64,000 bases of DNA from Candidatus Uhrbacteria bacterium CG10_big_fil_rev_8_21_14_0_10_50_16 (GCA_002774875.1 PCYM01000001.1:182153-246152), one strand, 5' to 3'. Positions 48,527 through 59,095 are shown, counted from the first letter of the stretch. Made by a program: numbers and translations. The notes: generated by a model from the sequence alone, not told the origin.

Positions 48527-49870
48527 TCAACCACGTTGATGATTCTTTTTCCACTCGTTGAGAATGTCGGTGGTTCCATGCCCCAAGAACCGAAGGAAGT
48601 CGTGCTCAATGGCATTCTTTTCTGCAATCATACCGTAGACCATGGCACTCGTGCGAGGTGTTCGCTTCATGGTCGTGCGATCAACCTCGATAAGTCCAAA
48701 CGTAGGCGCAAATCCTTTTGCCCATTCAAAGTTATCCAACAAAGACCAGTGAAAGTACCCGCGCACGTCGGCACCTTCCTGTACGGCGTAGTACAGCTGC
48801 ATCAAAAATCCCACAATCACCCGGATACGCTTGTCGTCGTTGGTCGTCGCTAACCCATTCTCCGTAATATAGATCGGTTTTTTGTAACTCGCCATGTCCA
48901 TACAGACATCAAATATTCCATGGGGAAATAATTCCCAGCCAATGTCAGACGATTCAAACTGCGCACTTTGTGAATTCTCCACCGGCCCTTTACGCTTTAA
49001 AAAATCCCACGCACTTTTGAGTCTAAAGTGAAAATAATAGTTGAGCCCCAAAAAGTCGTGCGTGCGCATGCCACTGACATAGTAGAACACGTGATTCATG
49101 CCGCGATCGATCGCCGCTGCTGCCACATGATCCACAAAACTATGCTTGCGGTAAATGGTCATGGAGGAGACATTGTTGGCAATCCCGACCTGTGTTGTTC
49201 TATTGCGTGCACGCGCCCACGCATGAATCAGTTTGTACGCTGCTCTGTGACACCGTGTCTGCCACCACACCACCTTGGCCGCCTTGTAATAGCTCCGTCG
49301 TTGCGGAGGCCACTCCAAAAAAACATACCCCTGCAGCACATAGACCATCGGCTCGTTGATTGTGCACCATAGGTCGACAAACTCCCCGAGCTCCTCACAC
49401 ACCTTTTCTACAAATCGTGTGTAGTATTTAACCACTTTATGTGTCTCCCAACCTCCCTCGTCCATCAACCATTGCGGGTTGGTAAAGTGATGCAACGTCA
49501 ACATAATTTGCAAACCCTGGTTTTTGGCCTCTGAAAGCAGATCACGATAGTGCGCAAACGCCTCCCCGTCCCATGTTCCCTCGCTCGGCTCCAAACGTGA
49601 CCATTCCACACTCATCCGATAGGCGTTGTTGTGCAGATGATCTTTTGCAAGCGCAAAATCTTCCTTGTAGTGATTCCAATGATCCACCGCACTCCCAGAC
49701 GTTGTACCGTCGGCAATGTGTCCGCCTTCTTGCTCCCACTTCCACCAGTCGGCGTTTTTATTTCCGCCTTCAATTTGATACGAGCTCGTTCCCGTGCCCC
49801 ACAAAAACCCCTCCGGGAATTGACGGGGTTCGTAATGGAGATCCTTTGTGCGCTCACTCATGAGTCCCAT
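48527..49870 (-). CDS. Glycoside hydrolase family 1 (beta-glucosidase-like)
   Basis: FLWGTGTSSYQIEG, TINEP, YITENG, WSLLDNFEW. Confidence 0.95.
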   Translation of the reverse strand: MGLMSERTKDLHYEPRQFPEGFLWGTGTSSYQIEGGNKNADWWKWEQEGGHIADGTTSGSAVDHWNHYKEDFALAKDHLHNNAYRMSVEWSRLEPSEGTWDGEAFAHYRDLLSEAKNQGLQIMLTLHHFTNPQWLMDEGGWETHKVVKYYTRFVEKVCEELGEFVDLWCTINEPMVYVLQGYVFLEWPPQRRSYYKAAKVVWWQTRCHRAAYKLIHAWARARNRTTQVGIANNVSSMTIYRKHSFVDHVAAAAIDRGMNHVFYYVSGMRTHDFLGLNYYFHFRLKSAWDFLKRKGPVENSQSAQFESSDIGWELFPHGIFDVCMDMASYKKPIYITENGLATTNDDKRIRVIVGFLMQLYYAVQEGADVRGYFHWSLLDNFEWAKGFAPTFGLIEVDRTTMKRTPRTSAMVYGMIAEKNAIEHDFLRFLGHGTTDILNEWKKNHQRG

Positions 49871-49871
49871 A

Positions 49872-50873
49872 CTACCAGCGAATTGTACGTGCAGCCTCCC
49901 ACAACTCAGGGTGCCCCACTTGTCTTAATGCCAACCACCATTCCACACCCCAGACCATCACCTCGTCCATTCCAACCTGATTTGCATAGTCGACATTTTT
50001 CCGTAAATCGTCCGCAGAAAAAATATCAACTTGTTCTTGAGGCGAGTACGTTTGAATGGACCGCTCAAACCACGGCTCCATCTGAAGTTCTGATATCACC
50101 ACATGCGCCGGGCGCACAAGCCATGCCTTGGCTCGGTACATCCACGGAGGAATTGGGTATGTCGTGTAACCAATCCCCTTTGTAAACGTCGTACGATACA
50201 CGGACACGCCAATTGTATCAGACAGCTTGGCCACGCGATTCCACAGTTCCAACTCACCGCTTGCCGTAAGCTGCACCGGATGGCTTGGATCAATACGACG
50301 CACCAACGCAACCTCGTCTGATAACGTTGCAAGCGTTTCCCCGTCCCCACACTCCCCGAAGGCTCTAAAAAATGGTTCGTTTTCCACTTGCCAACGCAAG
50401 AGCGATGAACTGTTTTTGTAGCGTGTCACGGTCTGCTCAACAAATGTCAATTGTGCATGTATTTGATCCTCGGTCGACAACGCATTAATCCATGCGGGCA
50501 CAAAGCACTCGGGCCATCGCGGAACACGGCGACCGACCACCAACACAACATCTGCCCCATGTTCTTCGGCAAGTTGCATAAGCGCGTCCATCTCACTCCA
50601 ATCATAGCTGTTCTGTTGTGCCTCAACGCGATCCCAATACACAGGGATACGAAGCAGAGAAATACCAAGATCCTCCATAGATTCCCGCAGTCCATCCACC
50701 GGGTCCACGCCAATATATTCCGCGTACTGTGCCGACCACGTGGCGCCGTAGCGAATCTTATCTGTCTCAACACGTCGAGGAAGCACAAACGGTCCGCCAG
50801 CAAGAACAAGGATCAACGCAACGCCGATCCCGAGAATGATTCTTGTGAACCGTTTTTTTGTGTTTGTGTGCAT
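49872..50873 (-). CDS. Membrane-anchored clan GH-A glycoside hydrolase (GH42/GH10-like)
   Basis: RIPVYWDRVE, WQVENEP acid/base motif, ISELQ nucleophile motif. Confidence 0.8.
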   Translation of the reverse strand: MHTNTKKRFTRIILGIGVALILVLAGGPFVLPRRVETDKIRYGATWSAQYAEYIGVDPVDGLRESMEDLGISLLRIPVYWDRVEAQQNSYDWSEMDALMQLAEEHGADVVLVVGRRVPRWPECFVPAWINALSTEDQIHAQLTFVEQTVTRYKNSSSLLRWQVENEPFFRAFGECGDGETLATLSDEVALVRRIDPSHPVQLTASGELELWNRVAKLSDTIGVSVYRTTFTKGIGYTTYPIPPWMYRAKAWLVRPAHVVISELQMEPWFERSIQTYSPQEQVDIFSADDLRKNVDYANQVGMDEVMVWGVEWWLALRQVGHPELWEAARTIRW

Positions 50874-50894
50874 TCCTCCAGTCAAGATAACCTA

Positions 50895-52463
50895 CTATTC
50901 AATTTCTTCTTTTTGGGCCTTCACAAACGCGATCCACCCTTCCACAAGCTCAATAGCAAGTTTGATTGGTGCCTCGGCAACGTAATCCAAGAAAAAGGCA
51001 AACACATTCAACTTACTTGCACGCAACGTCATCCAACGGCCGGCGCGAGTAATCGGCAACAGAAAGAAATCAAACAGTGTTCCAAACACACTTCCTTGCC
51101 GTTCCACAACCAATAATTCCAATGTGCTCTGACGAATCCGCAATCCAAAGAACGTCACCAACGAGAAGAAGAGTAAGAACAACATCACGGACACCACATT
51201 AAAGGAGAGGACCACTGCCAAGAACCAGGCAAGGAATCCGTAACTCACCACGTAGGTCAACAAGTACAGCGTCGTAAAGAACCGTCCAAGTGCACCCTGC
51301 GTCCAGGGCTTGCGAATCTTAAACACCACGCCCAATGCTTGATCTTTTCCACTCAACACCGCCTTTACAAACGTGAGCAGTTGCGCCGTGTTGCGCTTTG
51401 CAGGAATGGTAAGCGTTGTGCCAATGAGCGCCAAGAAAAACGGATGGAATAGGATATTGATCGCTAACGATGTCTGGTTGATGTGCTGCAGCGCAAAGAA
51501 TTCATACGGAACCTCAATAATCAACGCCAACAACATTTTTGTAATAAACAAGAACAGCACGGCACGAGCCACCGTACGCGTGCGGCGTTTCTTAAATCGA
51601 TCGTAACGCGCGTAGGCTACATTGCGGACGGCCGTCGCAAGACGATCATCGTCCCGTGCCACTTCTGCAAAGTCTTTATGTTTCTCAATGAGGTCATGCA
51701 AGGTCCAAAACACAAACGTAAACCGCCGCATGTAGCGGAACAGTTGATCGGCTAATGGATGCTGAATCTGTCCATCAATTGCCTTCATGATTTTAGGCAA
51801 CTTGTGGGCGACGTCGTCAATTTCCGCCTGCGTGGCTTTTCCCCAATGCGGGAAGTACAACAACATAACTCGGTAGCGGAGCGATCCAAGATTAGACTTC
51901 AATAACGAACGGTGGATTGCGATATAAATGAGCAAATCCTTTTGCTTATCATCGATCTTCCCAGCCTCCCACACCAACTCGCGCCTGACGCGATCAAACA
52001 TAAAGTTTGCCAGCGCCTCATTCCCCTTTGGTGGGTGTAACAAATATTCAATTTCTGTAGAGATGACGTCAAACAGCCACTCCTCCATGTCGTTTTGCTC
52101 GTCACTGTTCTGTGGAATGACGGCAAATAGGCGATCGTATTTTTGAATCACCTTTTCCACCGTGTCGATCATCTCAATCGGCACCTGCTTGTTGGGAAGA
52201 TACTTGGCCCAAATCAACTCACGCAACACCAATTCTCCGCGTGAGATGCCGTGTTGATCGATTCCCTGAATCCGACGTTGCAAAATACGACGAATCGCAT
52301 TACGTCGCACCAAATGTTCTTCCTCGTACTCCACCGCGCGCCGTACCTTCTCGTAGGCAGATCCGGCCGTGCGACTTGTTTTACTCACCGTTATTTTTTC
52401 TCCATCTTCCGGCCACTCCTGCGTGGAGTGAATCGCCGATATGAGGTGCTTTACATGTTCCAT
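50895..52463 (-). CDS. Conserved CPR-type membrane protein
   Basis: YEKVR..VEYEEEHLVRRNAIRRIL; four C-terminal TMs. Confidence 0.8.
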   Translation of the reverse strand: MEHVKHLISAIHSTQEWPEDGEKITVSKTSRTAGSAYEKVRRAVEYEEEHLVRRNAIRRILQRRIQGIDQHGISRGELVLRELIWAKYLPNKQVPIEMIDTVEKVIQKYDRLFAVIPQNSDEQNDMEEWLFDVISTEIEYLLHPPKGNEALANFMFDRVRRELVWEAGKIDDKQKDLLIYIAIHRSLLKSNLGSLRYRVMLLYFPHWGKATQAEIDDVAHKLPKIMKAIDGQIQHPLADQLFRYMRRFTFVFWTLHDLIEKHKDFAEVARDDDRLATAVRNVAYARYDRFKKRRTRTVARAVLFLFITKMLLALIIEVPYEFFALQHINQTSLAINILFHPFFLALIGTTLTIPAKRNTAQLLTFVKAVLSGKDQALGVVFKIRKPWTQGALGRFFTTLYLLTYVVSYGFLAWFLAVVLSFNVVSVMLFLLFFSLVTFFGLRIRQSTLELLVVERQGSVFGTLFDFFLLPITRAGRWMTLRASKLNVFAFFLDYVAEAPIKLAIELVEGWIAFVKAQKEEIE

Positions 52464-52572
52464 AGTGAGGATAGTATAACATGGCGAGCAAAAGACTGCG
52501 GATATCTCCGTCTCCTTTCGTTCCCTCTTATTATTGGTTGTATACAAAAAGGCATGTCTCCATGCCCTTTGT

Positions 52573-53241
52573 TCAGTTGTTTGTAAATCGTGTGTGGAGG
52601 GCAATCGCTACAGCGTGACCCACATTCAGTGATTCAAGTGCCTCCTTGTGGCTAATCGACACCGACGTTCCCTCAACCGGTAGTTGTAATCCGTTCCCTT
52701 CACTTCCCACCACCAAGACAATCTCCTTTTGCTCGTTGAGGCCGTTTAACGACGTTCCGCCTTTTTCTAATCGATACACCGGTCGTCCAAGCTGCTCGAT
52801 CACCGTGAGTGCTTCTGGCCGTGACACAACCACCCAAGGGACCTGGAACAAGGCACCGACAGACGATCGCACCACCTTTGGATTGGTGACATCCACGGAA
52901 TCAATCAACAGCACAGCACCGTCAAATCCCAAGCAAAGTCGCAAAATCGCTCCCACATTCCCAGGATCTTGTACGCCATCTAGTACAAGGATCGTTGAAG
53001 CGTTTTTAACGTCCTCCAAACTCCACTCGGGGATTCGCGCCATCGCGGCATGATCTTGAGGAGTATCGGTCGTCACCAACCCATCAAACTCCAACACGTC
53101 ACCTCGTGTAAAACGCGTGACCACGGCGTCTCCCGCTAGGGCGATCACCTTTTCCCCCTCCACTAAACAGAGACCGTGTTTTGCACGTCCTTTTTTGGTC
53201 TGCAGCGACCGAACAATTTTTTCTTGGGCATTGCTTAGCAT
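52573..53241 (-). CDS. TrmH/SpoU family RNA methyltransferase
   Basis: LDGVQDPGNVGAILR, VGSEGNGL, ESLNV. Confidence 0.92.
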   Translation of the reverse strand: MLSNAQEKIVRSLQTKKGRAKHGLCLVEGEKVIALAGDAVVTRFTRGDVLEFDGLVTTDTPQDHAAMARIPEWSLEDVKNASTILVLDGVQDPGNVGAILRLCLGFDGAVLLIDSVDVTNPKVVRSSVGALFQVPWVVVSRPEALTVIEQLGRPVYRLEKGGTSLNGLNEQKEIVLVVGSEGNGLQLPVEGTSVSISHKEALESLNVGHAVAIALHTRFTNN

Positions 53242-53299
53242 AGTGGGAGGACCTAACCACATATCCTGCGATCCGTCAACCGGGGATCTCTGTGGACAA

Positions 53300-53653
53300 C
53301 TAGCCGTCCTTACGGAATTTAACGGAAAATGAGGGGACCCAGCGTTGATCGGCTTTATCCACAACCTCCACCTGTTCCTTGGCGAGGTACATGTTAAGCG
53401 ACAAATCTGAGAGGAGTTCTTGCAAACTCATGATCTCCAGCTTGAGATCGTCCAAGCGTTGTGCATCTTTGAGCGCGTGCGATTTAACTTCGTTCTCAAT
53501 GCTCTTCTTTTTTTCACGAAGAATCTTCATTTCTTCTGTGACTTTATTGTATTCCGCGTTATGTGAGAGCTCATCCTTAATGGTTTTGCTCAAATCGCGG
53601 CGTTCCATTTTTACGTCTAAAAGGTCGTTATAGGTTTCTTGTAATCGAGACAT
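53300..53653 (-). CDS. Conserved coiled-coil hypothetical protein
   Basis: 117-aa helical ORF ending P.FSVKFRK. Confidence 0.75.
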   Translation of the reverse strand: MSRLQETYNDLLDVKMERRDLSKTIKDELSHNAEYNKVTEEMKILREKKKSIENEVKSHALKDAQRLDDLKLEIMSLQELLSDLSLNMYLAKEQVEVVDKADQRWVPSFSVKFRKDG

Positions 53654-53768
53654 ACAAAAGGGTTATGTGCGCGCCATTGTATCACAATGTTCTTCTTGCA
53701 CGGTTGACAGTCTCACAAAAAATAGGTACAACCTCTGTACTGATCAAAGATATCAGTGGAGAACAGGT

Positions 53769-54290
53769 ATGGAAGATGGTAAGGATTTCTATTTTGAGAG
53801 CGTGATCATTCACGTGGGAGACAAGACGGTGGAGCTGGAGCATGTGCACAGCACCAACAGGCGGTTGCAACGGCTCATGGAGCAGGGTTACGACATAGCC
53901 GCATCGCTCGAGTTCACGGTGGACCCGAATAATCAGGTGGCGACCCAGCTGGGTCTACTGCAGTACCTGCCTGACCCGCGGCAGACGGAGGTCGCGGAAC
54001 CCGAGGTGGGCACTCAACCCGTCGACCTCGCCAACACCGGATTCACGCAAGAACAAGTGAACCTCCTCAACACCCCGGTTAGTGAGCTCCCCCAGATCTT
54101 CGTCGTCCAAGAAATTGTGAGCCTGGCTAGTCGCCATCTGACGCGTCTTCACCACGTAGTGGTGGGCGGTGGACCGAGGTCCCTGAGCCTTTCTGAGGCG
54201 ACAGAGACCAGATATCAGAACTTGCTCAACGCGCACGGCCTGAAGATCTATTCGCCACTTTCGAGCATTGAGGACCTCCTCCTCGTCTAG
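53769..54290 (+). CDS. Orphan with C-terminal RNAP alpha-CTD-like segment
   Basis: LLNTPVSELP...L.SRHLTRL..VV...LNAHGLKI; TTGACA at 53704; hairpin at ~54306-54331. Confidence 0.6.
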   Translation: MEDGKDFYFESVIIHVGDKTVELEHVHSTNRRLQRLMEQGYDIAASLEFTVDPNNQVATQLGLLQYLPDPRQTEVAEPEVGTQPVDLANTGFTQEQVNLLNTPVSELPQIFVVQEIVSLASRHLTRLHHVVVGGGPRSLSLSEATETRYQNLLNAHGLKIYSPLSSIEDLLLV

Positions 54291-54356
54291 CAGCCCCTAC
54301 AACAAGAGCCCGCACCACTGGTGTCGGGCTCAAACATTTTTCAACCGTTCCTCTGT

Positions 54357-54782
54357 TTAACGTGCGCGATAGGGGTAGGCTTTTCTAAAATCATCCTCGG
54401 TTCCCTCTACCCCATCCTTCCCCGCGGAAACCAATTGAATCATGGTTGCATCCGTCTCGGGTGTCACAAGGTGAATGGACTGCGTAAACGTATCCGTGGT
54501 TGGATACGCGTCCCCCGTGAGCGTCTGCCACTCCACAAAACGCTGCGTCAGGCTCACCGAAGCATCCGTATCGTACTCGTGTTCAAAGACCCACGTCATA
54601 AACCCATCGGCCACTTGATCAAACACCGTCTGCGTCAGCGACCCATCGATTCCCACAAACGCGCTGTCCTGCGTGGTATCCACCGTTTTATTACTCACCA
54701 AACCACCCGACACGCACCCCGCGCCCAGCACGAGTGTAAGCATACCAAGCATCCCTATCTGCAACAGAGGTTTATTCACCAT
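54357..54782 (-). CDS. Hypothetical lipoprotein with T2SS-G-like C-terminal motif
   Basis: LGAGC lipobox; LVSAGKDGVEGTEDD. Confidence 0.7.
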   Translation of the reverse strand: MVNKPLLQIGMLGMLTLVLGAGCVSGGLVSNKTVDTTQDSAFVGIDGSLTQTVFDQVADGFMTWVFEHEYDTDASVSLTQRFVEWQTLTGDAYPTTDTFTQSIHLVTPETDATMIQLVSAGKDGVEGTEDDFRKAYPYRAR

Positions 54783-56343
54783 AAAGTAATTGAGCGGCGG
54801 CAGGCGCCATTTGATAATTAGAATGAGCTACACCTGGGACCACCTGAAACGTCCAGTTAAACAACAACCCATTATCCATTGCAAATTGTCTCGCAGCGTT
54901 ATAAAAGTTTGTCGCACGTTCAACGCGTTGAGATCCCTGTAACTTGGCGGCAGCTGATTTTGATAAGTTTTCCGCATTTGGGTCCGTGTCCTCCGATCCA
55001 ACAATGACTTGCATTGGGACGGAAAACGATTGTGCCAAACGATCGTGATCAAAAAACGCTTCTCCAAATCCCGCAGGATAGGTCTGACCATAGTCTGGCC
55101 ACAGATACCAACCCGAGCTCGCTGCAATCACGCGTCTGACCTTTGCGTAAGGCTTGGCAAAAATAGCACGATGAACGAGTTGTCCACCACCAGAAAACCC
55201 AAATAAATCATAGAGTTGCTCCGTACTGTTCGATGTGGCAATAACCTGATCGAAAATCGCATCAAACATCGTTGCATACCAATAATTCTCTGGGAGAGCC
55301 ATACGGCTGCTCGTATAAATGTTTCCGTAAGGGTATTGATACCCCGAGGTATACACATCGGCTGGGAAATGAGGAAGCAATAACACAAAACCGTATTGTT
55401 CAGCATAGGGGACCCAACTAGACCTATACCCCTCAACAGCTCGACTTGCCCCATGAATAACAAACAAGATCGGAGCATCCTGTGGTAATCCCGCAGGGCG
55501 ATACGTGTAAACGGTCATTGGAATTGTAGGATTTATTGAAGGGTCCTGAAAAACAAATGAGCCGTATCCTTCTGGAATCAAAGAAGAAATGAGCGATATC
55601 TCTCCTTGTTCAAGCGGGATCTGCTCGCCGGCAACGGGCGCATGATCCACAACAGGCGCAAATAATTGTGCTGCATCTACAACCTCATCAACATGTCCCG
55701 TCATTACCTGTCCAATAGCCCGTGTAGGTGTAATAGTATCCGTCCAAATTCTCAAATCCGAACGCAAAGCATTTGCCGTGATCGCCGCTGCCGTCAACAA
55801 ATGTTTCTCCCCATTCCACACCATCCACGGATCACCACCGTTTGTGTAGACCAATCCGTTATACCCTTGGGATACATTCTCCGTAGTAATTGCCTCACCT
55901 ACGTGGTAATTCAAAAAAAACGTGTCAGGGACATCTCGTACGCGCGATTGCCACTGGTACGTGCCCGAAAGTTGTTGCGCCACCTGCTCACTCTCAATCC
56001 ATCGAATCTCGCCACCCTGCCCAACCGCATATACTTTTGGCAATGATTGAATTTTAATCCAGTACGTTCCGGGTCGATAAACAATATTCGCTCTTAATGG
56101 CAATGCAGCCATCTGAGATTGAGAGATAATGGTAACAGCAGAAAAATCTTGATACCAAGAGAAAAATACTTGTTCGTCTGGGAACGCGTGCCGGTTTCCC
56201 TGTGTATCAACGTAGTACACAGCGGATGCCTGCTCCGTTTTAACAAGCGATTGTGGAGCAATAGCCAAACTTGCATGCACAAATAGAGAGGAAGCTAGCA
56301 TTAATCCAAAACTCAATAAGCCCAGTGAGACGCAACGCTGCAT
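54772..56343 (-). CDS. Secreted alpha/beta hydrolase (esterase/PHB depolymerase-like) with N-terminal CPR surface repeats
   Basis: VYYVD..G.RHAFPDEQVFFSWY repeats; IHGASR, GFSGGGQ nucleophile elbow, VGSED, GVAH. Confidence 0.82.
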   Translation of the reverse strand: MQRCVSLGLLSFGLMLASSLFVHASLAIAPQSLVKTEQASAVYYVDTQGNRHAFPDEQVFFSWYQDFSAVTIISQSQMAALPLRANIVYRPGTYWIKIQSLPKVYAVGQGGEIRWIESEQVAQQLSGTYQWQSRVRDVPDTFFLNYHVGEAITTENVSQGYNGLVYTNGGDPWMVWNGEKHLLTAAAITANALRSDLRIWTDTITPTRAIGQVMTGHVDEVVDAAQLFAPVVDHAPVAGEQIPLEQGEISLISSLIPEGYGSFVFQDPSINPTIPMTVYTYRPAGLPQDAPILFVIHGASRAVEGYRSSWVPYAEQYGFVLLLPHFPADVYTSGYQYPYGNIYTSSRMALPENYWYATMFDAIFDQVIATSNSTEQLYDLFGFSGGGQLVHRAIFAKPYAKVRRVIAASSGWYLWPDYGQTYPAGFGEAFFDHDRLAQSFSVPMQVIVGSEDTDPNAENLSKSAAAKLQGSQRVERATNFYNAARQFAMDNGLLFNWTFQVVPGVAHSNYQMAPAAAQLLYGE

Positions 56344-56409
56344 AGTTTATCGTTTGCCCACATGATATCATGGCATAGACAGATCTTCCAATCCTGCTAA
56401 TCTCCTGTT

Positions 56410-57774
56410 ATGCAAACATTTTCCAACAAAACATTCACCTTTGTCTCCTACGCATTTGAAACAACAACCGGTGTCATTACCCTTTTGTATGATTTGAACG
56501 GCGATACCTACAAGGAGCGCATCACTGTGCCAATGAGCGATATCAATATGGACTGCGTCCCCCAGGAAGATCTTGATCGCGCACTTTTCTCTCTGCACCT
56601 CATGGTTGGAATCGGCTATTGGAAAACGTACTGCCCAAAAAACATCGTCATTCAAAGCGGCCAACTCACCCGCACACAGGCGCATTTTTGGAACACCGTC
56701 TACACCAACGGGCTTGGTGAATTGTATTACAAAAACGACATCGACTTTCGCGATCAAGTACATTTTCCCTACAATAAAGACTTGGAGGCACTCGTTCCAC
56801 AGGGCAGCAACGAGCGTAAGGAGCATGTATTGGTCCCCTTTGGTGGCGGAAAGGACTCCGTGGTGACGGCCGAGCTCATGCGCAAGCTCGGATTTACTGT
56901 GACCCTTTTCTCCATTCAAGACGCGGCACCAATCCAAGACGCCGCCCGTGTTTTTGACGCCCCACACGTGATTGTCGACAGAGCACTGGATCCAAACATC
57001 GTTGATCCCACCTCTGCCGTGCGCACAGACCCACAGGCGTTTAACGGTCACGTACCCATTAGTGCTATCTGGTCCATGATCACCGTTGTGACCGCAATCC
57101 TCCATGGTGCTACAGATATCGTGTACTCCTGGGAGCGGTCTGCATCGGAGGGAAACTTGGAGTATCTCGGCATGGAGATCAACCATCAGTGGAGCAAGTC
57201 GTTGGCATTTGAACGCTCACTCCAAGCCTACGTAGATACATTCATTACCAAACGCACACGCATCTATAGCCTTGTACGACCATTGAGTGAATTTCATATC
57301 GTGCAGCTCTTTACGCGCTATCCGCAGTATTTTGATTCTTTCTCGAGCTGTAATCGCAACTACACGCAGGAGGCCATTGCCAATCACGCGCCGACGTTTT
57401 GGTGCAATCAGTGCCCAAAATGTGCGTTTATTTTCTCGCAACTCAATGCGTTTTTGCCGCACACACAGGTGGTAAACATCTTCGGCGAAGACATGTTTGC
57501 CAATGACAACTTACTTGATCTCTACCGCGAGCTCCTAGGGATTCAGGGAAACAAGCCATTTGAGTGTGTCGGTGAGGCTAAAGAGGTGGTTGCCGCTATG
57601 GAACTTGCCTACCGTCGCGCCGATGCAAACGACGCACCTGTCATGCAACTCTATGCGGGTGAAGTACGAGACACCGTTGAGGATCATGATGCCGTAATCC
57701 AAGACTTGCTCACGCCAAGCACGGATCATGCGGTTCCATCTGACATCGTTGCACGCGTGGATTATGCGGCTTAA
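56410..57774 (+). CDS. murL: UDP-MurNAc-L-Ala-L-Glu epimerase
   Basis: SYWK-like GYWKTYCP, FGGGKDS, FNGHVPIS, ERSASEGN, INHQWSKS, SSCNRN, WCNQCPKC, KPFECVG; overlaps a downstream MurD. Confidence 0.87.
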   Translation: MQTFSNKTFTFVSYAFETTTGVITLLYDLNGDTYKERITVPMSDINMDCVPQEDLDRALFSLHLMVGIGYWKTYCPKNIVIQSGQLTRTQAHFWNTVYTNGLGELYYKNDIDFRDQVHFPYNKDLEALVPQGSNERKEHVLVPFGGGKDSVVTAELMRKLGFTVTLFSIQDAAPIQDAARVFDAPHVIVDRALDPNIVDPTSAVRTDPQAFNGHVPISAIWSMITVVTAILHGATDIVYSWERSASEGNLEYLGMEINHQWSKSLAFERSLQAYVDTFITKRTRIYSLVRPLSEFHIVQLFTRYPQYFDSFSSCNRNYTQEAIANHAPTFWCNQCPKCAFIFSQLNAFLPHTQVVNIFGEDMFANDNLLDLYRELLGIQGNKPFECVGEAKEVVAAMELAYRRADANDAPVMQLYAGEVRDTVEDHDAVIQDLLTPSTDHAVPSDIVARVDYAA

Positions 57775-59095
57775 AGACCTTGCCAACAAACGTGTTGCTT
57801 TGATTGGATTTGAGGCGACCAACCGTTCCCTATTTTATGCACTTCGCTCCGTCTGCCCCAACCTCTGGGTAGAGATTCGCGATCTTCGCACCACCGTCAC
57901 GCTGCCAGAGGACCCGTTTGTTACGCACACACTCGGCGAAACATACCTAGACCATCTACAAACGTTCGACGTCATTATTCGATCACCTGGCGTGCGCTAT
58001 TGGCCACAGTTGCAAGCGGTGCAATCGCATGTCACCACAAGTCTCAATCTCTTCTTTGACGAGGTACGATCAACGACCACGGCAACGATGATTGGTGTCA
58101 CCGGGACCAAGGGAAAATCAACCACTGCCACCCTGTTGGCACATGTTTTGCGTGAGGCGGGTAAAGCTGTGACGCTCATTGGCAACATGGATATTCAGGA
58201 ATGGGATCACCTACACGAGATTAACGACGACACAATTGTCGTGTACGAGATGTCCAGCTACATGTTGGAAGATTTTAACAACTGGCCAGACATTGCCCTC
58301 CTGCTCCCCTTATACCCGGATCATATGGACTGGCATGGATCATTTGCCGCATACACCGAGGCTAAATCTCGCATTACGGCTCGTCAAACAAGCGAAAACA
58401 TGTTGATCTTTCCTGCTAAAAACGCGGAGGCTCTCTCCATTGCAAAACAGACAGACGCCACAACCATCCCCGTGCAGATTGTAAGCGGTCTTCATTGGCA
58501 AAACGGTTTCTTTTTTGATGGAACACAGCAACTTTTTTCTACAAACGCGCTCCCGCTCCCCGGAGAGCATTGGTTAGACGATGCACTGCTCGTTCTCGCT
58601 GTCGTTAAACAGTTGGACATTCCCTTTGACCGTGCCCAGCGTGCGTTCACCAGCTTCAAAGGTTTGCCACATCGATTAGAGGTTGTGGCAACAATCAACC
58701 AAGTAACCTACGTGGACGATGCTATTTCCACCACACCAGAATCAACAATCGCGGCTGTAAAGGCGTTCGATACGGTCGGATCCATTGTCTTGGGCGGTAT
58801 GGATCGCGGATATGATTATGTGGCACTTGCGCAGCTACTCACAGAACGTCACGTGCCAAACGTCCTCCTCTTCCCCGGCGCCCGTGAGAAATTTCAACAC
58901 GCTCTTACACGCGCTCAGTTTGCTGGTAGCGTGATTCTTGTGGAATCCATGCAGGAGGTCGTTTCTACCATGGCGCAGTGCACACCCGCAGGGTCTGTGG
59001 CACTCTTGTCTACCGCCGCACCAAGTTACGATCAGTTTAAGAATTACAAAGATCAGGGGCAACAGTTTGTGGATTGTGTTCGAAAGTTGTCTTAG
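57764..59095 (+). CDS. murD: MurD-family ligase (MurD2 type, paired with MurL)
   Basis: RSPG, GVTGTKGKSTT, EMSSY, DHMDWHG, LPHRLE, DDAISTTP, LGGMDRG. Confidence 0.9.
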   Translation: MRLKDLANKRVALIGFEATNRSLFYALRSVCPNLWVEIRDLRTTVTLPEDPFVTHTLGETYLDHLQTFDVIIRSPGVRYWPQLQAVQSHVTTSLNLFFDEVRSTTTATMIGVTGTKGKSTTATLLAHVLREAGKAVTLIGNMDIQEWDHLHEINDDTIVVYEMSSYMLEDFNNWPDIALLLPLYPDHMDWHGSFAAYTEAKSRITARQTSENMLIFPAKNAEALSIAKQTDATTIPVQIVSGLHWQNGFFFDGTQQLFSTNALPLPGEHWLDDALLVLAVVKQLDIPFDRAQRAFTSFKGLPHRLEVVATINQVTYVDDAISTTPESTIAAVKAFDTVGSIVLGGMDRGYDYVALAQLLTERHVPNVLLFPGAREKFQHALTRAQFAGSVILVESMQEVVSTMAQCTPAGSVALLSTAAPSYDQFKNYKDQGQQFVDCVRKLS

